A stretch of DNA of 48,347 nucleotides from Trichinella spiralis (GCF_000181795.1 NW_003526947.1:1-48347); one strand, 5' to 3'; counted from the stretch's first letter, positions 1 through 13,316 are shown. Program-made: numbers and translations. Notes: a model not told the origin generated them from the letters alone.

Positions 1-640
1 TTGTCCTTCTTCACAGTCTGATGGAGTATCTTTATCATCGAGATGTACTCGCTCCGCCAATGTTTACAAATAATGGCGACAACGTTCCTCAGGTGATTCC
101 ACCGACGCATTATTGGTTTCATTGCGGTGCTTCTTACTCTGCCACTTCGTCCATAATTGAAGACAAGCTCAGCCGAAGAAGGAAATGGACCAGAGATTGC
201 GCGAGGTTGTCATGAGTGCCATGGGAGATAAGCGTAAGCGGACAGTCGTTGATTCGGGCATCCACTTCACACACTACCGTTTAAAGCTCATCAGCGATAT
301 AATAATTCAATAATTCCATTAAATCTACGGCGCAGGTGCTGCCATCCAGTTTCTGAAGGAATTCCATTTCTCTGGAACTGCAGCTACTCCAATACGGTCT
401 TTCTTTAACAGTCTGATGGAGTATCTTTATCATCGAGATGTACTCGCTCCGCCAGTGTTTTCAAATAATGACGACAGCGTTCCTCTGGTGATCCCACCGA
501 CGTATAATTCGTTTCATGCCGGTGCTTCTCACTCTGCCACTTCGTCCATAATTGACGACAAGCTCCGCCGACGAAGGAAATGGACCGGAGATTGCGCGAG
601 GTTGTCATGAGTGCCATGGGAGATAAGCGTAAGTGGACAG
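1..640 (-). mobile_element. BEL/Pao LTR retrotransposon pol C-terminal remnant, tandemly duplicated (period ~395 bp)
   Basis: Minus strand gives EL*TVVCEVDARINDCPLTLIS...HFLL and MRRWNHLRNVVAIICKHWRSEYI; the second copy gives IRRWDHQR...*KHWRSEYI. These match the BEL/Pao E-x-E-A-x-(L/I)-N-x-R-P-L and RRW...W-x-x-EY motifs downstream of the integrase core. Positions 13-240 repeat at 408-635. Confidence 0.8.
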
Positions 641-1179
641 CAATGATTTCATAACTGAATATATGAACTGTTCATTGAACGCGAGGCGTCTACATCAGGA
701 TGACATGAGCTGTGAGCATGTCAGAATTGTTTTCACGTACTCAATTCTTGTGAACAACTGTGTCGCTTCCCTCTTCGTCGGCTTGCGTTCACCGCTATGC
801 GCTGTTCATATGATGTTGTTACTCTGAGTAGAGGTAGCGCATTTATTGTGGGGAAGCCTCTGACACTCCAACGCTTCAACGAGGAGAAGCGGTGATTGCC
901 TACTGCCAGCAATCTTGACTTAAATTTAGCGTATTAATTAGTATTTATGAGGAATGTAACTTGATGAATTATGCTGCTAAATGCTTCACTTGGGGTTGTT
1001 GCCTTTCACAGGAAGTTTTGAAGTCAATGGACTGCGCTGGCGAGTGAACAACTCTGCCCAAGTAGTCAAAGTGTTTTGGGGCCATATTTTCTTGGTTTTT
1101 ATTCTGCACCATATGACCATGAAATGTCTACTGTCAGGAGTCTTTGAATTTGATGCTGGATTGTAGCAGAAAGAAGTCA

Positions 1180-1539
1180 GTTTACATTTGTTTCAAAAAT
1201 ATTTACCGGAATAAGAAACATGGTTCGTAACCGAACAGCAAGACCAGCATTTCATTCAACAGCTGGGACGGTGCTTCATCATGCAATCATTTTTAAGCAT
1301 TGTTCGCTCTGACGAATGCCAATAATGTTCGCCAGGAATGCCTTTATCCTTAAGTAGTTATATGTAGCGGGAGGATGAGGAACAAAGTCACTGAATTTGC
1401 ACGCAGTTTTCTGATCCAGTGCTCTGACTATGTACTAATGCACAATCGTATCAGTAAAAATTTGGCAGATGTGCAACTGCGCATCAACTTGCTTGTACCA
1501 CATATGACATTGGGAGGTCCAATAGGTTGGTAGCTTCAT
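1180..1539 (-). mobile_element. Ty3/Gypsy gag remnant (stops and a frameshift)
   Basis: From ATG 1539: MKLPTYWTSQCHMWYKQVDAQL...H*YIVRALDQKTA...PHPPATYNY, then after a frameshift DEAPSQLLNEMLVLLFGYEPCFLFR*IFLKQM. This resembles the KLPxFW..W.QVEAQF / PSQL..EM..L / FL.Q pattern of Gypsy gag. Confidence 0.8.
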
Positions 1540-1826
1540 TGAAAGTGCGTTCTCTGTTTGAAAATTCGAGAGTTCATTTACGCCATGCGAGGATCCAAAA
1601 ATATTGTTCACAACAATCGGCTAACTAGTAAAGCGTCTTGCTTGTCTATTTATTCTTAGCATAAGACTACTGTACATATTAGTCACGGTTTCTGTGATTT
1701 TCAGGTTCCAATACATCTCTCATGGTATGTAGATCAGTTTGTATAATCCGTTTAGCGGCGTTTATAATTGCGAGTAGAAAGTCATTTTGTTGACTCTTCC
1801 CAAGATGGTTTAAAGTTTTGCTCTCC

Positions 1827-4800
1827 TTTGGTCCCACTATGTTCCCCTTCGGGCCCATTGTTCACTTATTGGTCGTTGACCACGCTATTTTATTGGACCG
1901 TCAAGTCTTTTTCGTATTGGTTTTCCTTGTCTAATTTCTCATTGATTCAAATTCTTTCCCTTGTGATTAGCTGTAATATTTTTTAATTTCATTGGTTCAA
2001 ATATTCCATTTAGGATTACGTAACTTTAATAATAGTGACGTAACCATAAAAAAATGAAAATATTTATTATTCAAAATTTTATTGTCTTTTTTGAAATTTT
2101 CNNNNNNNNNNNNNNNNNNNNNNNNNNNNNNNNNNNNNNNNNNNNNNNNNNNNNNNNNNNNNNNNNNNNNNNNNNNNNNNNNNNNNNNNNNNNNNNNNNN
2201 NNNNNNNNNNNNNNNNNNNNNNNNNNNNNNNNNNNNNNNNNNNNNNNNNNNNNNNNNNNNNNNNNNNNNGGAACTTTAAATCTGTTCACATTGCACCCTC
2301 GCAGCCTTCTTTATCCTATACCAAAATTAAAGTAATTGTTTAATAACTAGGAAACACATGCTGTACATTCAGCGGCATACTTTTTGAAACATCTCTCCAA
2401 TATTTTCTGTTTGCGGGCACGTTTTTAATTTATATATCCTGCCTACCCATACCCACCGAAATTGGACAAAATCCCGCAATGATTTGGTACAAGATGTAAC
2501 TCAGGGTACTGAGCATAACAAGTAACAGAATAGAAAATGATTCGAATAACTCTGGAACGGAAAGCACTGAACGCAAACCCAACACCAAAAGTGAAAATAA
2601 ATTGTACAGTTTTGAATTTCATTTTAAATAACCATTTTGCAACAATATTTAGTTTTCATTTTATATTTTATCTACAATCGAAGATCAACTTCTAATATTC
2701 CTTGTAGCACTAATGCTTTTTGTTGATACTGACAGAATAAAATTAATCACACACAAATAGCGCACGAATGCTAACATCGAAGAACGTGATGTCCACTGCA
2801 GAGTGAATTTGAAGCAGCTTTAACTGCTATTTTGCTTCGTGCTGTCCTTTGCTTCCTTTTTGCTTTCAAAGTGTTTTACACTCATTTATCTGAGTTCATC
2901 AGATAAATGACGTTTCAGCTAGCAATTAAATGAAATTTATGCATTAAATGCTTTTCCGTTTGTCAGAAAATATTCTGATGATTAGCTAAAGGCGATTGTA
3001 ATACAATGGAAAAATCAACAAGTGATGAATTGTCCACAGCTGCAGTTGTCAGCTAAAACTAGGCATTGCAACTGCTAATTTGTTAGCATTTAAATAACTG
3101 CTAATTTGTTAGCATTTAAATACTTTTCTAATTTCAGGCTGACTGTTCTCTGAAAATCTTTTCTGATAGCAATCAAAGAATTTTACTTTTAACTTCAGAA
3201 AGTTTTTACTTCTTTCGTCAGTGTTATTGTTTTCGTTCGTATATTTTATTTAAATAAAAAATAAAAAATTTGCAATATTATTTACAAATCAAAAAATAAA
3301 TTTATTTATATATTTCGTGTAAATTGTAAACTTTATACTTCAACATCTGAACAAACCGAGTAGTGCGTTGGTGAACACTTAAATTGCCATCTGTTTTCAT
3401 TTCCATTTGCAAGCTTTCAATGTATATNNNNNNNNNNNNNNNNNNNNNNNNNNNNNNNNNNNNNNNNNNNNNNNNNNNNNNNNNNNNNNNNNNNNNNNNN
3501 NNNNNNNNNNNNNNNNNNNNNNNNNNNNNNNNNNNNNNNNNNNNNNNNNNNNNNNNNNNNNNNNNNNNNNNNNNNNNNNNNNNNNNNNNNNNNNNNNNNN
3601 NNNNNNNNNNNNNNNNNNNNNNNNNNNNNNNNNNNNNNNNNNNNNNNNNNNNNNNNNNNNNNNNNNNNNNNNNNNNNNNNNNNNNNNNNNNNNNNNNNNN
3701 NNNNNNNNNNNNNNNNNNNNNNNNNNNNNNNNNNNNNNNNNNNNNNNNNNNNNNNNNNNNNNNNNNNNNNNNNNNNNNNNNNNNNNNNNNNNNNNNNNNN
3801 NNNNNNNNNNNNNNNNNNNNNNNNNNNNNNNNNNNNNNNNNNNNNNNNNNNNNNNNNNNNNNNNNNNNNNNNNNNNNNNNNNNNNNNNNNNNNNNNNNNN
3901 NNNNNNNNNNNNNNNNNNNNNNNNNNNNNNNNNNNNNNNNNNNNNNNNNNNNNNNNNNNNNNNNNNNNNNNNNNNNNNNNNNNNNNNNNNNNNNNNNNNN
4001 NNNNNNNNNNNNNNNNNNNNNNNNNNNNNNNNNNNNNNNNNNNNNNNNNNNNNNNNNNNNNNNNNNNNNNNNNNNNNNNNNNNNNNNNNNNNNNNNNNNN
4101 NNNNNNNNNNNNNNNNNNNNNNNNNNNNNNNNNNNNNNNNNNNNNNNNNNNNNNNNNNNNNNNNNNCAATGTATATTTCAATGATAACAAAATATTTAAA
4201 CATTCCGCATCAAAAGCAGTGCCTATGATGTAGCTGATCTGTTTGATGTTGCATTTCAAATTACATTTGAACTTGCTTATAAGTGAGCATGGAATTTAAA
4301 AAGAATTTCCATGCACTTATCCATTATTTTATCGTTTAATTAACTACAAGGAATTTTTTTCGGCCAAAATCTTATGCACTTATTCAATGTGCACTTAACC
4401 AAGTTCGACTGCATTTTATATGAAATATATGAACGTCAAACAGCATTTTTCATACAAACAGCAAACCTCATCGACATGTATAAAAATACATATATGGATG
4501 TTTTGTAACAAAAGAAACTTTGTAAATATTAAAGTAAAATTCTTGGATTGGAAACAAGAAAGATTCAAATAGAACACTCCCAGTAAAATCAAGAAATTCA
4601 TCAGATGCTGACAATTTAGTAGTTGTCACCCCTTGGTTAAGCTTGATAGNNNNNNNNNNAGCTGATCTGTTGATGTGCATTCAATTTTACATTTGACTGC
4701 TATGAGTGAAGCATGGAATTTGGCAAGAATTACTATGCACTAATCCATTATTTACCGTTTAATTAACTACAGGGAATGTTTTCGGCCAAAATCGTATGCA

Positions 4801-6099
4801 CTAACCAAGTTCGACTGTATTTTATATGAAATGTATGAACGTCAATCAGGATTTTTCATACAAACAGCAAACCTCTTCAACATGTATAAAAAATATATAT
4901 GGATGTTTGTTTCGTAATGAAGGAAACTTTGTAAATATTAAAGTAAAATTCTTAGATTGTAAACAAGAAAGATTTAAATAGAACACTCCCAGTAAAATCA
5001 AGAAATTAATCAGATGCTAACAATTTAGTAGTTGTCACTCCTTGGTTTAGCTTGAAAGCTGCAACTGTGAACAATTTGTCAATTGCGCATTTTCTCTTTG
5101 TATTAAAATCGCCTTTACCAACATATGTGATGTGACGAGAAACGCGAACAATATTTGACAAAGGCATATGCGAGAAATCAAGCGTAAAATTAAGTGAAAT
5201 TGCGAGCTAACGCGTAACGTTAGCATTAGTGCCATTTGTAACCCGGAAATTAAAAGTGTTGCTACAACATTCCAGATTTTTCAAACAGATTATTCAGTAT
5301 TCTGACATTACACCCGGAAGTTAACATCCAATCTTGATAAATTTCAACAGGCAACAAATTTATGTACAAAAAATGGGAGCAGATTTATATATCAGGAGGG
5401 AAATCGGTAATAGACCAAAGAAGAAACAAGGAAGAAGATAAAAATGCCCCTCGCCACCGCTTATTTATATTAGTTTTTTATTTCATTGTATTGCATTATT
5501 TAGTTTTTTCCACTTTCGTTGTTTCCACTTTGTTAATGTCGTTCACTGTTGTTTTTTAATGTTGTTGTTAGTGCTGTTGGCTAGTGCAAAATAAAAATCA
5601 CTATTTAACTTATTTTTTGTATTGTTTTTTTTCTGAATGATTACTATCACATTTGATATAACGTCACGTTGGTACAATAAAATATAGAATAATGATAAAA
5701 ATTATTTTCAAAAATACTGATAATGAAAAAGTATAGACTACACCACAAATAATATATTTAAATAAACAAAATTTCAATAAATGACGAAACTTCAATTCAA
5801 ACAGACAATAAAATCTTGGAACAATAAATATTTCCATTTTTTATGTTACGTCACTACTATTAAAGTTACGTAATCCTAAATGGAATATTTGAACCAATGA
5901 AATTAAAAAATATTACAGCTAATCACAAGGGAAAGATTTGAATCAATGAGCAATTAGACAAGGAAAACCAATACGACAAAGACTTTACGGACTAATAAGA
6001 TAGCGTGGTCAACGACCAATAATAAAATAGCGAGGACAACGACCAATAAATGAAAAGTGGGACCGAATGGGAACAAAATTGAGCCCAAGTGGGACCAAA
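1827..6099. mobile_element. Internally deleted Mutator-like (MULE) element with ~250 bp terminal inverted repeats (copy 1)
   Basis: 1827-2070 is the reverse complement of ~5822-6099 (for example ttaggattacgtaactttaat / attaaagttacgtaatcctaa). The interior is homologous to repeat modules at 8900-9590, 16890-17974, 23700-25560 and 48280-48347. Family assignment rests on the MULE transposase remnant next to copy 4. No TSD found. Confidence 0.65.
4231..5055 (+). repeat. ~430 bp tandem duplication spanning a 10-N gap
   Basis: agctgatctg...ccttggtt(a/t)agcttga occurs at ~4232-4647 and ~4660-5055, with homopolymer-type indels near the gap. Confidence 0.8.
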
Positions 6100-6234
6100 C
6101 CGTTTAGTATTAAATGATTATTTTTTCTAATGGCAGTTTTGCATAAAATGTTGGCACACTATGAATTTAGGTTGCTATGTAGGAAATGCCTATAAAAAAT
6201 CTTAAGCCTCTCTTGCGGTAAATTCTCAAAAGTA

Positions 6235-6497
6235 GAATCGATATTTCTATCTAGTTTCTAAGAGCACGCAGATGTTGTCCGTACCGGCATATCCGCAAAA
6301 ACAGATGGAGAATTAATCAATTTGTCTGAAGATTCTTCGTTTAAAATCAGTTTTGATTGTAAAAGATTAGTACAGTTTTGGCTGTCAGTTGAAAATCCAT
6401 GTCCAACTTTTTCCACAAAAGCATTAAAAGTGCTGCTTCCTTTTAGTACTTCTTCATGCATGTTCGAAATATCATCTTCATGAATGATTGGAATTAA
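6235..6497 (+). mobile_element. hAT (Buster/Charlie/ZBED5-like) transposase C-terminal dimerisation-domain remnant
   Basis: Translates as ELINLSEDSSFKISFDCKRLVQFWLSVENPCPTFSTKALKVLLPFSTSSCMFEISSS*MIGI. It is cut at TTAA 6494-6497 by a piggyBac. An inverted homolog lies at 29460-29700. Confidence 0.8.
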
Positions 6498-8000
6498 CCC
6501 TAATCCGGGCACCTGTCTACATATGACATACATATGTTTGGAACAATGCAGTGATTTAAATAAATATAATTAGCCTTTTCCATTCCAAAACTTCTGATAA
6601 ATTTTTATGTTCTTTCTCCTCAGCTAAAGCTTTTGATTTGTGACGTTTTTAATCGATTGTTTCATGTTTATTGTTCATATTCCGGGCACCTGTCATACAG
6701 ACGCAAAACACTTTCTCTTATAATGATTCTATTGAAATAATCCATATGCTAATAGACAGTAAAATGCTCTGAGGTTACCACATTGATAATTTCCAAATGT
6801 GGTCCATGTTCCTGTGCTTCATAGAATCTGGGATAAAGTTTCAGGAGATAATATTCAGTAGTGAAACAGCGGGCGAACCCCAAAGATAAATACGAAATGC
6901 TTCATGAGTGTCTGTTTTAGACCTTCTTGACATTTGTCTAGAAGTCACCGTTATTATCTGAATATGTGACAAAAACAGTCAGTTGTGTATGGCAGTTTTA
7001 AGAAATAAGTGAACAATATCCGTTATGCAGCTATTTATTTCTAAAGACAATCAGTAGTAGTGAAATTGTGATTGCCACTTTTGCATTTTACCATACGTAT
7101 TGTTCATTTGACAACTGGACCAGAAAAGATCAACTGGATATGTGACGCGGAGAATGGTTATGCTCTAAAATATTTGTTATGTGCTGGCAGAAGTCGTGAA
7201 GAACGTCAAATTGTTCTTGCAAGCACTAATGTTGGGCAATTGGCACAACCATTTGTGAACTCTAACAGAAACGTTTTTATGGACCGTTATTTTACATCAT
7301 ATTCCACTGTGCAACATCTTTTTTAGCATGATCTTACAGCTATTCGTACAGTGTTTGCACATCGCCGTGATGTTCTAGCATGTTTGCGTAAAGCAGCACG
7401 ACGTGATCCTTACTCGACATTAGCTGTTTATGAGCACAACAAAAATGTAATCATGATCAATTATGTTCCAAGGAGAAATTGTTTTCCTCATAATTTCATG
7501 TCACGCAAAGTTCAAAATAGATAACCAGTGAGGGTGTGACAAAAGACCAAACATCATAAATGACTATAATCTTGGCAAGGGACGCGCGGATTGCAAGGAT
7601 ACAAGAATCAAAGATTTTTGCTACAAAAGAAAAACCAACAGATACACCTCATCGTTGGCGTGTACATCAACAACATATTCATACTGATGGGACAAAGGCA
7701 AAGTTATCAGAAGACAAAGAAGCGTTTTATGAGCTAGCGTTCAAGCACAGCTAGCCAAATAACACATCGAAATGAGGTATCAAAATCAAAAACTATGCAC
7801 AAACTAAACATGGCTTGATCCACTACGGACTGCCTTGAAATCACAAATGTTACAAATATCAGTTATAAAACGACAAAATCCATCAAGACGCTGAGAGCAA
7901 GGATAAAAATTAACGTGAAACCGCTGCCATTCAAGTAAAAAAATATATGTAGCAGCCATCAAATCACTAAAATATTGTGTAGAGCTTGGATTAAATAAAA
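6498..8000 (+). mobile_element. Decayed piggyBac (PGBD4-like) transposon; right end not found
   Basis: Begins TTAA|CCCTAATCCGGGCACCTGTC, with the subterminal repeat tccgggcacctgtc again at ~6680. Transposase fragments: WICDAENGY, RNVFMDRYFTSY, KRPNIINDYNLGKG, CYKRKTNRY; multiple stops and frameshifts. Confidence 0.8.
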
Positions 8001-8089
8001 TAAATAATCTTTTTGTAAAGTTATTACTAGTTCTTAAAAAATAATCCGTTTAATGTAATGTACAGGGATTATACGCAGCTGCAACACAT

Positions 8090-8796
8090 TTACTTTTTCA
8101 CAGTGACGACGCAGTCATCTCCACAAGATCATCATCTTCTGTAAGTTCATTTGATTTGATCAGTTCACTAAATTTGATTCTATTTTTTATATTATTACTT
8201 GATAAATACTATTTTATGATTTTATGCTTATATTTTTGATTGACAAGTATAGTTCGATTTCACTGACCTTCAGCAGCTGCTGCACAATATATATGAAGAA
8301 CGGTCGCAGAACCAAAAGTCTGTTGGTCTGTTAGACCCTTGACAGTCATTCCGCAAACCAACCGCTCATTTACAGCAGCCTATTTTGAATTCATTTTTGT
8401 TTATTCTTCTTATGAGAAGCGATTGATTAGCCTCTGAGTTGAGTAAGTTTCTATCATTACTGTTATGGAGTAGAATCTCAAGAGTGAAAACCTTATACTC
8501 AACCTCCAGATCTACTGTATACATACACAGTAAATTCTAAAAATATTATGTAGCGATTTCCGGATTTTGTTTGTATGATCTTCGCTTGATATTGGAAGAT
8601 AAACAATTAAATTCAGCTTTCGCATTTATGTTCACCGTCTTTCTGAAAGAAACAATATGTGAATGGTCATCAAAATACTGTAAAAGAAACTACATTTTCT
8701 ATTTAACCTGATTGTTTCAAAATTAGTCACCCCATCAAAAATCCGGGTATAGTCAAATCTGCGAGTTGTAAGCCCGTGAATTTCAAGGGGCGACTG
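8090..8796 (-). mobile_element. Tigger/pogo-like remnant
   Basis: Minus-strand end CAGTCGCCCCTTGAAATTCACGGGCTTACAACTCGCAGATTTGACTATA resembles a Tigger terminus. The acidic segment FSELIKSNELTEDDDLVEM near 8100-8175 resembles a Tigger transposase C-terminus. Confidence 0.45.
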
Positions 8797-8919
8797 CACT
8801 AATTTTTGATGGTTCCTTTGGGTAGTTACGAACTAAATTTTATCGTTGCCTTCCATCGGTAATAAACCTTGAACGCAATTCACTGAACTCAAACACAAAA
8901 TCAAGCGAAAACGAGTCAG

Positions 8920-11900
8920 ATGCTTTTGAATTTCATTTTAAATACCTTTTGCAACATTTGGTTTTCATTCCCCATTTTATCCACAATTTAAGATCAATCT
9001 GTGATATTCGTTGCGGCACTAACGCCTTTTGTTGATGTTGACAGATTATTAATCACACACAAATGGCGCACAAATACCAACATCACAGAGTGCGATGTCT
9101 ACTGCAGAGTGAATTTGGAGCAGCATTAACAGCTTTTTTGTTTGGTGTTGTTTATCGCTTTTATCCGCTTTCAATGTGCTTTACATTTATCCACCCGAGT
9201 TCATAAATATTGTTCAAAAGAAATGTCAGCTAACAGTTGCTTTCACTCGTCATATAAATTACCTTCTTAGCTCACAATTAAATAAGATTTATGCCTAAGG
9301 TTCTTCTCTGTTTGACAGATACTGTCCTGATGAAGGCTAGCTAAAGGCTATTCAGGTGATGGGAGTGGTGATTGCTGATTGTTAGCATCGAATATTTTCT
9401 CATTTCGGCTGTAGCGTTCTTTGAAAATGTTTTTCGTTTGCAAAAGAATTTAATCTTTCCAATCTTTCTTTCGCTCCTGTTCAACAGTATTATTGTTTTT
9501 ATTCTTATGTTTTACTTAAATGAAAAATGAGATCTGGACTTTTGTTTAAAATATAAATTTGTGGTTATACATTTTGTGTAAATTGTATTAACCGTTTACT
9601 GGCCGAATTAGGTTCCCCTTGCGTAAGGGCTATAATATTTAAAAAATGGCTTAATAAGAAGGATCTAAGGTACTTGTGTTAATGCCACCTCATTCTGATT
9701 GAAACAATGTACATTGGCACTTGGGCTTAACAATTTTACCAATAATTCAATATTAAAGGTTTCATACTTCACGTCACATTGTAGATAATATAAAGTTATT
9801 TCTACAGTAGAAACATATTGATAAAATTATGCTAAGCCATGATAAGACGGAAAACAATTTCAGTGTAGCCTTTTTCTGCACTGAACACATTCATTTCTGC
9901 AGTTTCTTTGGCAAACTGCACATCGTCCTTGGGCACATGATTGGAAGTAGTGCCCGTACGAAGTCCGGAGTCTTATTGGTAAGTGTGACCGTGGCCCTGG
10001 GTGGTTTCTTACGAATGGTCTTGCGTGCAATAAATGGCTGGTGATTTCCCGGCGGAACTGTAAATGTGACAGCCGGTCATTGGTTGCTGTATGTAGCTCC
10101 ATGTGCAATTTCCAAGCTGCCACTATGGCCATATTCAACGCATAGGAAAATAAATTCCACCACCATTTTCTTGATCTGAATTTCGGTCGATAACTAGATA
10201 ACACTTTGTCCATCACATTCACACCACCCATATATTTGTTGTACTGCCGTATGATGTTTGGCTCTGTTATATCGACATGTTTCTTCTCAGCTTTCGAATA
10301 TCTTTTTACAGTTTTAACCGGAAAATGTGTATGATAATTGGATGCAATAGTTACTGCAGCGTTGTCATTCCATCGGCACACATACATTTCTCCATCACAT
10401 GCATGTTCGAAATATCCTCGGCATTTTTTCATTATTACTTCCGGCTTCATAAGGGGGCAGTTGCGTATTCTGGCATTTCGAATTGTACCCGTAGCCTTTA
10501 TTCGTCGTCACGTCGTCTTCATTCACAATTCGATCGCTATCCACGGTAACGTCTACCTCACCACAGACATCTAGTGGCATCACTTCATCTAAATCGTCTT
10601 CCTCAATATGCTCCTCATCAGTCAGGTTTCCATCTTCACAGGGTGGTAACTGACAAACTTCTGCATTGATTTGGTCTTCTGGGGGTAAGGTCTCTAAATA
10701 GTCTATAGCGTTTTCCAACGTGAGAAATCTCGAAGCCATCACCAACTCAAATAACGACAACTTTACAGAATGGCAGTAGGGCTGTAGCCTAAATGGGAAC
10801 TGAGACAACTGAGCCGACAGCTGTAAACAGGCCTTGCATCATTTGGCCAAAGTTGACCGAAACTTGGATACAGCTGTCTCCAACAACAACCAAATAATGA
10901 GAAAGATGGAACAAATGAATGTGTCAGTTGTTAGAACAGAGATGTAGATCTCACCATTAATGTTAGCTGTGACCAAAAAACAACCTCGAGCTGTACTTAT
11001 ACTCAAAGAGGATTTGGTGTGGAATACGTTATTTTTATTCATGCCAAGCGCCAATGTTCCCATTTGGGAACATCAAACTTTCCCACCATCCCGTCAGCTG
11101 CCACATAGTTATAAAATAATAAAATAATATTTATTTGATAGACAGCATCTTCTTCTTCATTCCATGTTAATTATATGCAGCTGACACCAATTTTTTAAAT
11201 AAAAATCTAACTGAGAGCGAGACAGGTTAAAAAAGTCGAAAATTAGCATATTTTGGGGTCCATTATCTCAGGAAAGCGTGGGTGTAGATTAGCAGAATGG
11301 AACTATAAAATAAAACTCAACAATATCTAAACAACAAAAAAAAATTGGGTGTGTTAACCTTCTCCTCACAGAGATATTTGGCCTCAAATATCATGTTCTC
11401 AAAAGGGAACATTGGCATCTAAACGGTTAAGTTCGTTTTTCAATATCAAAAGTAAACCGACTACTCTGTTGACTAAATATTCAAGTTGCAATTCTCTCAT
11501 TACGATGATAACCAAATGATAATCAAAAAGAATCTGTTGGATTTCGAAAACTTTTTACCAAAAATAACTGAAAGAAAAACAAAATTATTTTTCATCTCAA
11601 GTTCACTTCATCATAAGTAGGAACGTTATCTTCTTCTAACACTGCATATTTTCTTCCAAAATATGATCATTGTTAATTATCATCGTCGGCAGGCATGAAG
11701 CATATACTGATCTTTCATTTGCCGCCCTAACTTTCATTCCCATTGTTGAGAGTAAATAGTATCATGGGGTTCACTGTCTTGGTCACATAATGAATCCATT
11801 TGAGAAAGCGTCTGTAGGAAGTATTGTAAAAATTCCAGACCACAAATATCCTTGTTTGAATTTGTGCCTTGTGCATATATATCAAAAAGTATTTGGTGCT

Positions 11901-12720
11901 GTATCCATTGGCATTACATTGTATCAATATTCTGTGAAATTTTTTTCAGATGTAGCGTATCTGCAGCATGCATTGAACTGAAAACGCTTTTGGCTAGCTA
12001 AGGGGAAATTCAACTGCAGCACATGTTTGTTGGTGTAGTGAAATTTCAAAAAATTCTGCGTGATGAATTTTGATCTTGTACATGATAATCGTTGCATAGC
12101 TTCCTTCATTGTTAAACCAGTTAATAAGGCTAGCTTTGCTGTCATCGTAAAATGTCATTACGTGTCGAATTATGAAAACCATGAATGACTCAGATAAACA
12201 TGCTTATTTAACATCTCTTGGTTCAGTTATCTCTAATTTACGCTGTTCATTTGTTGCTTCTATATTTTTTGTAGAATGATGCAATTCGATAATAAAGATA
12301 TTCAATTTGTAAAGAACAAGATCGTCAGTTTTATTTTTCTTCAATTTACTTCTCAGTGTTCATCACTAGCTTGTGCTATTTTCTGTCTCATAGGTTTGAA
12401 ATCTTTTCAAATGATGGGCATAAATAATGATGAATTTTAATCTGTATCTCAAAGAACCAAGATAAGTTAATATACAAAGGGAGATGCTACACGCGCAAGC
12501 GCACAAGTCATAATGATAAATAATGATTATGAACATAGATAAAAAGAATGGCTTAAAGTAGTACATTATTATTGTAATATTTTTTAAATTTAAAGATTAG
12601 TGGGTGGCCGTGGCGCATTTTATTTGCAAATGCAGGAATTCACTTTTCCCATATTTATTCATTATTATTTTACTGCCTGTCTTTTTCCATAATATATATT
12701 GTAATATAGTTCAGATTTGA
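8920..12720. mobile_element. MULE-family internal modules (copy 2), split by a piggyBac insertion
   Basis: 8920-9590 and 11431-12720 align collinearly with 24895-26830. The uninterrupted site reads tgtaTTAAatttgtttttcaatatc at ~25501. Confidence 0.75.
9592..11426 (-). mobile_element. piggyBac (PGBD3-like) transposon with both ends, internally deleted transposase and TTAA TSD
   Basis: TTAA at 9588-9591 and 11427-11430; both ends begin CCGTTTA. N-terminus from ATG 10739 (MASRFLTLENAIDYLETLP...LPP...NLTDEE) is joined out of frame near 10503 to IKATGTIR..RNCPL, RWNDNAAVTIASN, YNKYMGGVNVMD, RSRKWWW and a Cys-rich tail ending at 9860. Confidence 0.93.
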
Positions 12721-12774
12721 GATACGGGAAATCGGTACCGGACAAAAGCGGACTATCCTGTTCTATTAAATAAC

Positions 12775-12990
12775 AATTTAAATTTTTAATGCCGAAATTG
12801 CATGGCACATTTGTTTCTTTTGCTGCGTTTAATTTATAGCCCATAATTTCATTTCCTTATACCCTTAAAACAGTCGATATCTTTTAATGTTTGATGGTGC
12901 TGAACTGCACTACGACGTCTCTAATAAGTATTTTTGCCTTTCTGTATTGCGACCAAAAGTAAAAAATGGCGAGCTCCATCGCGATCAACA
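12775..12990 (-). pseudogene. Truncated, diverged copy of the orphan gene at 15360-15773
   Basis: 12868-12988 aligns with 15574-15694 (coding region; TGG changed to TAG). 12781-12850 aligns with 15131-15200 (3' flank). The sequence between these blocks is deleted. Confidence 0.8.
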
Positions 12991-13249
12991 GAAACGGCAA
13001 AGGTAGTTTTTATTTGTTGGCATATTATCCTTTTCCTTATCGTCCCACTATTCATTTCTGTTCAGAATTTGGTCTGCGTCGAGAGGTGCTGATGTGTTGT
13101 ATAGTTACCTTGCACTGATCTCACCGGCACGGCATTCGGATATTTCTACTGTGTTGGCGAAGCACAGATCACTGCTTAGATATATAGATCGGAAAAATAT
13201 ACAGTCAGTATTAATTTTCGTTGTTTTCTACCAAATGTTTCAGGTCTTC

Positions 13250-13290
<41 letters not shown>

Positions 13291-13316
13291 TGTATGTATG
13301 TATGTATGCGTGTATA
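13250..13316. repeat. (TA)n/(TATG)n microsatellite
   Basis: Directly visible in the sequence. Confidence 0.95.

Noticed and set aside
21..610. Two similar 64-aa plus-strand ORFs as a small gene family
   Set aside because: They are antisense to the duplicated BEL/Pao pol remnant.
2054..4259. Long ORFs in the track made of X residues
   Set aside because: Artefacts of translating N gaps.
4231..5055. Tandem duplication as a biological event
   Set aside because: It straddles a 10-N gap with homopolymer-type differences, so unmerged contig ends or haplotypes cannot be excluded.
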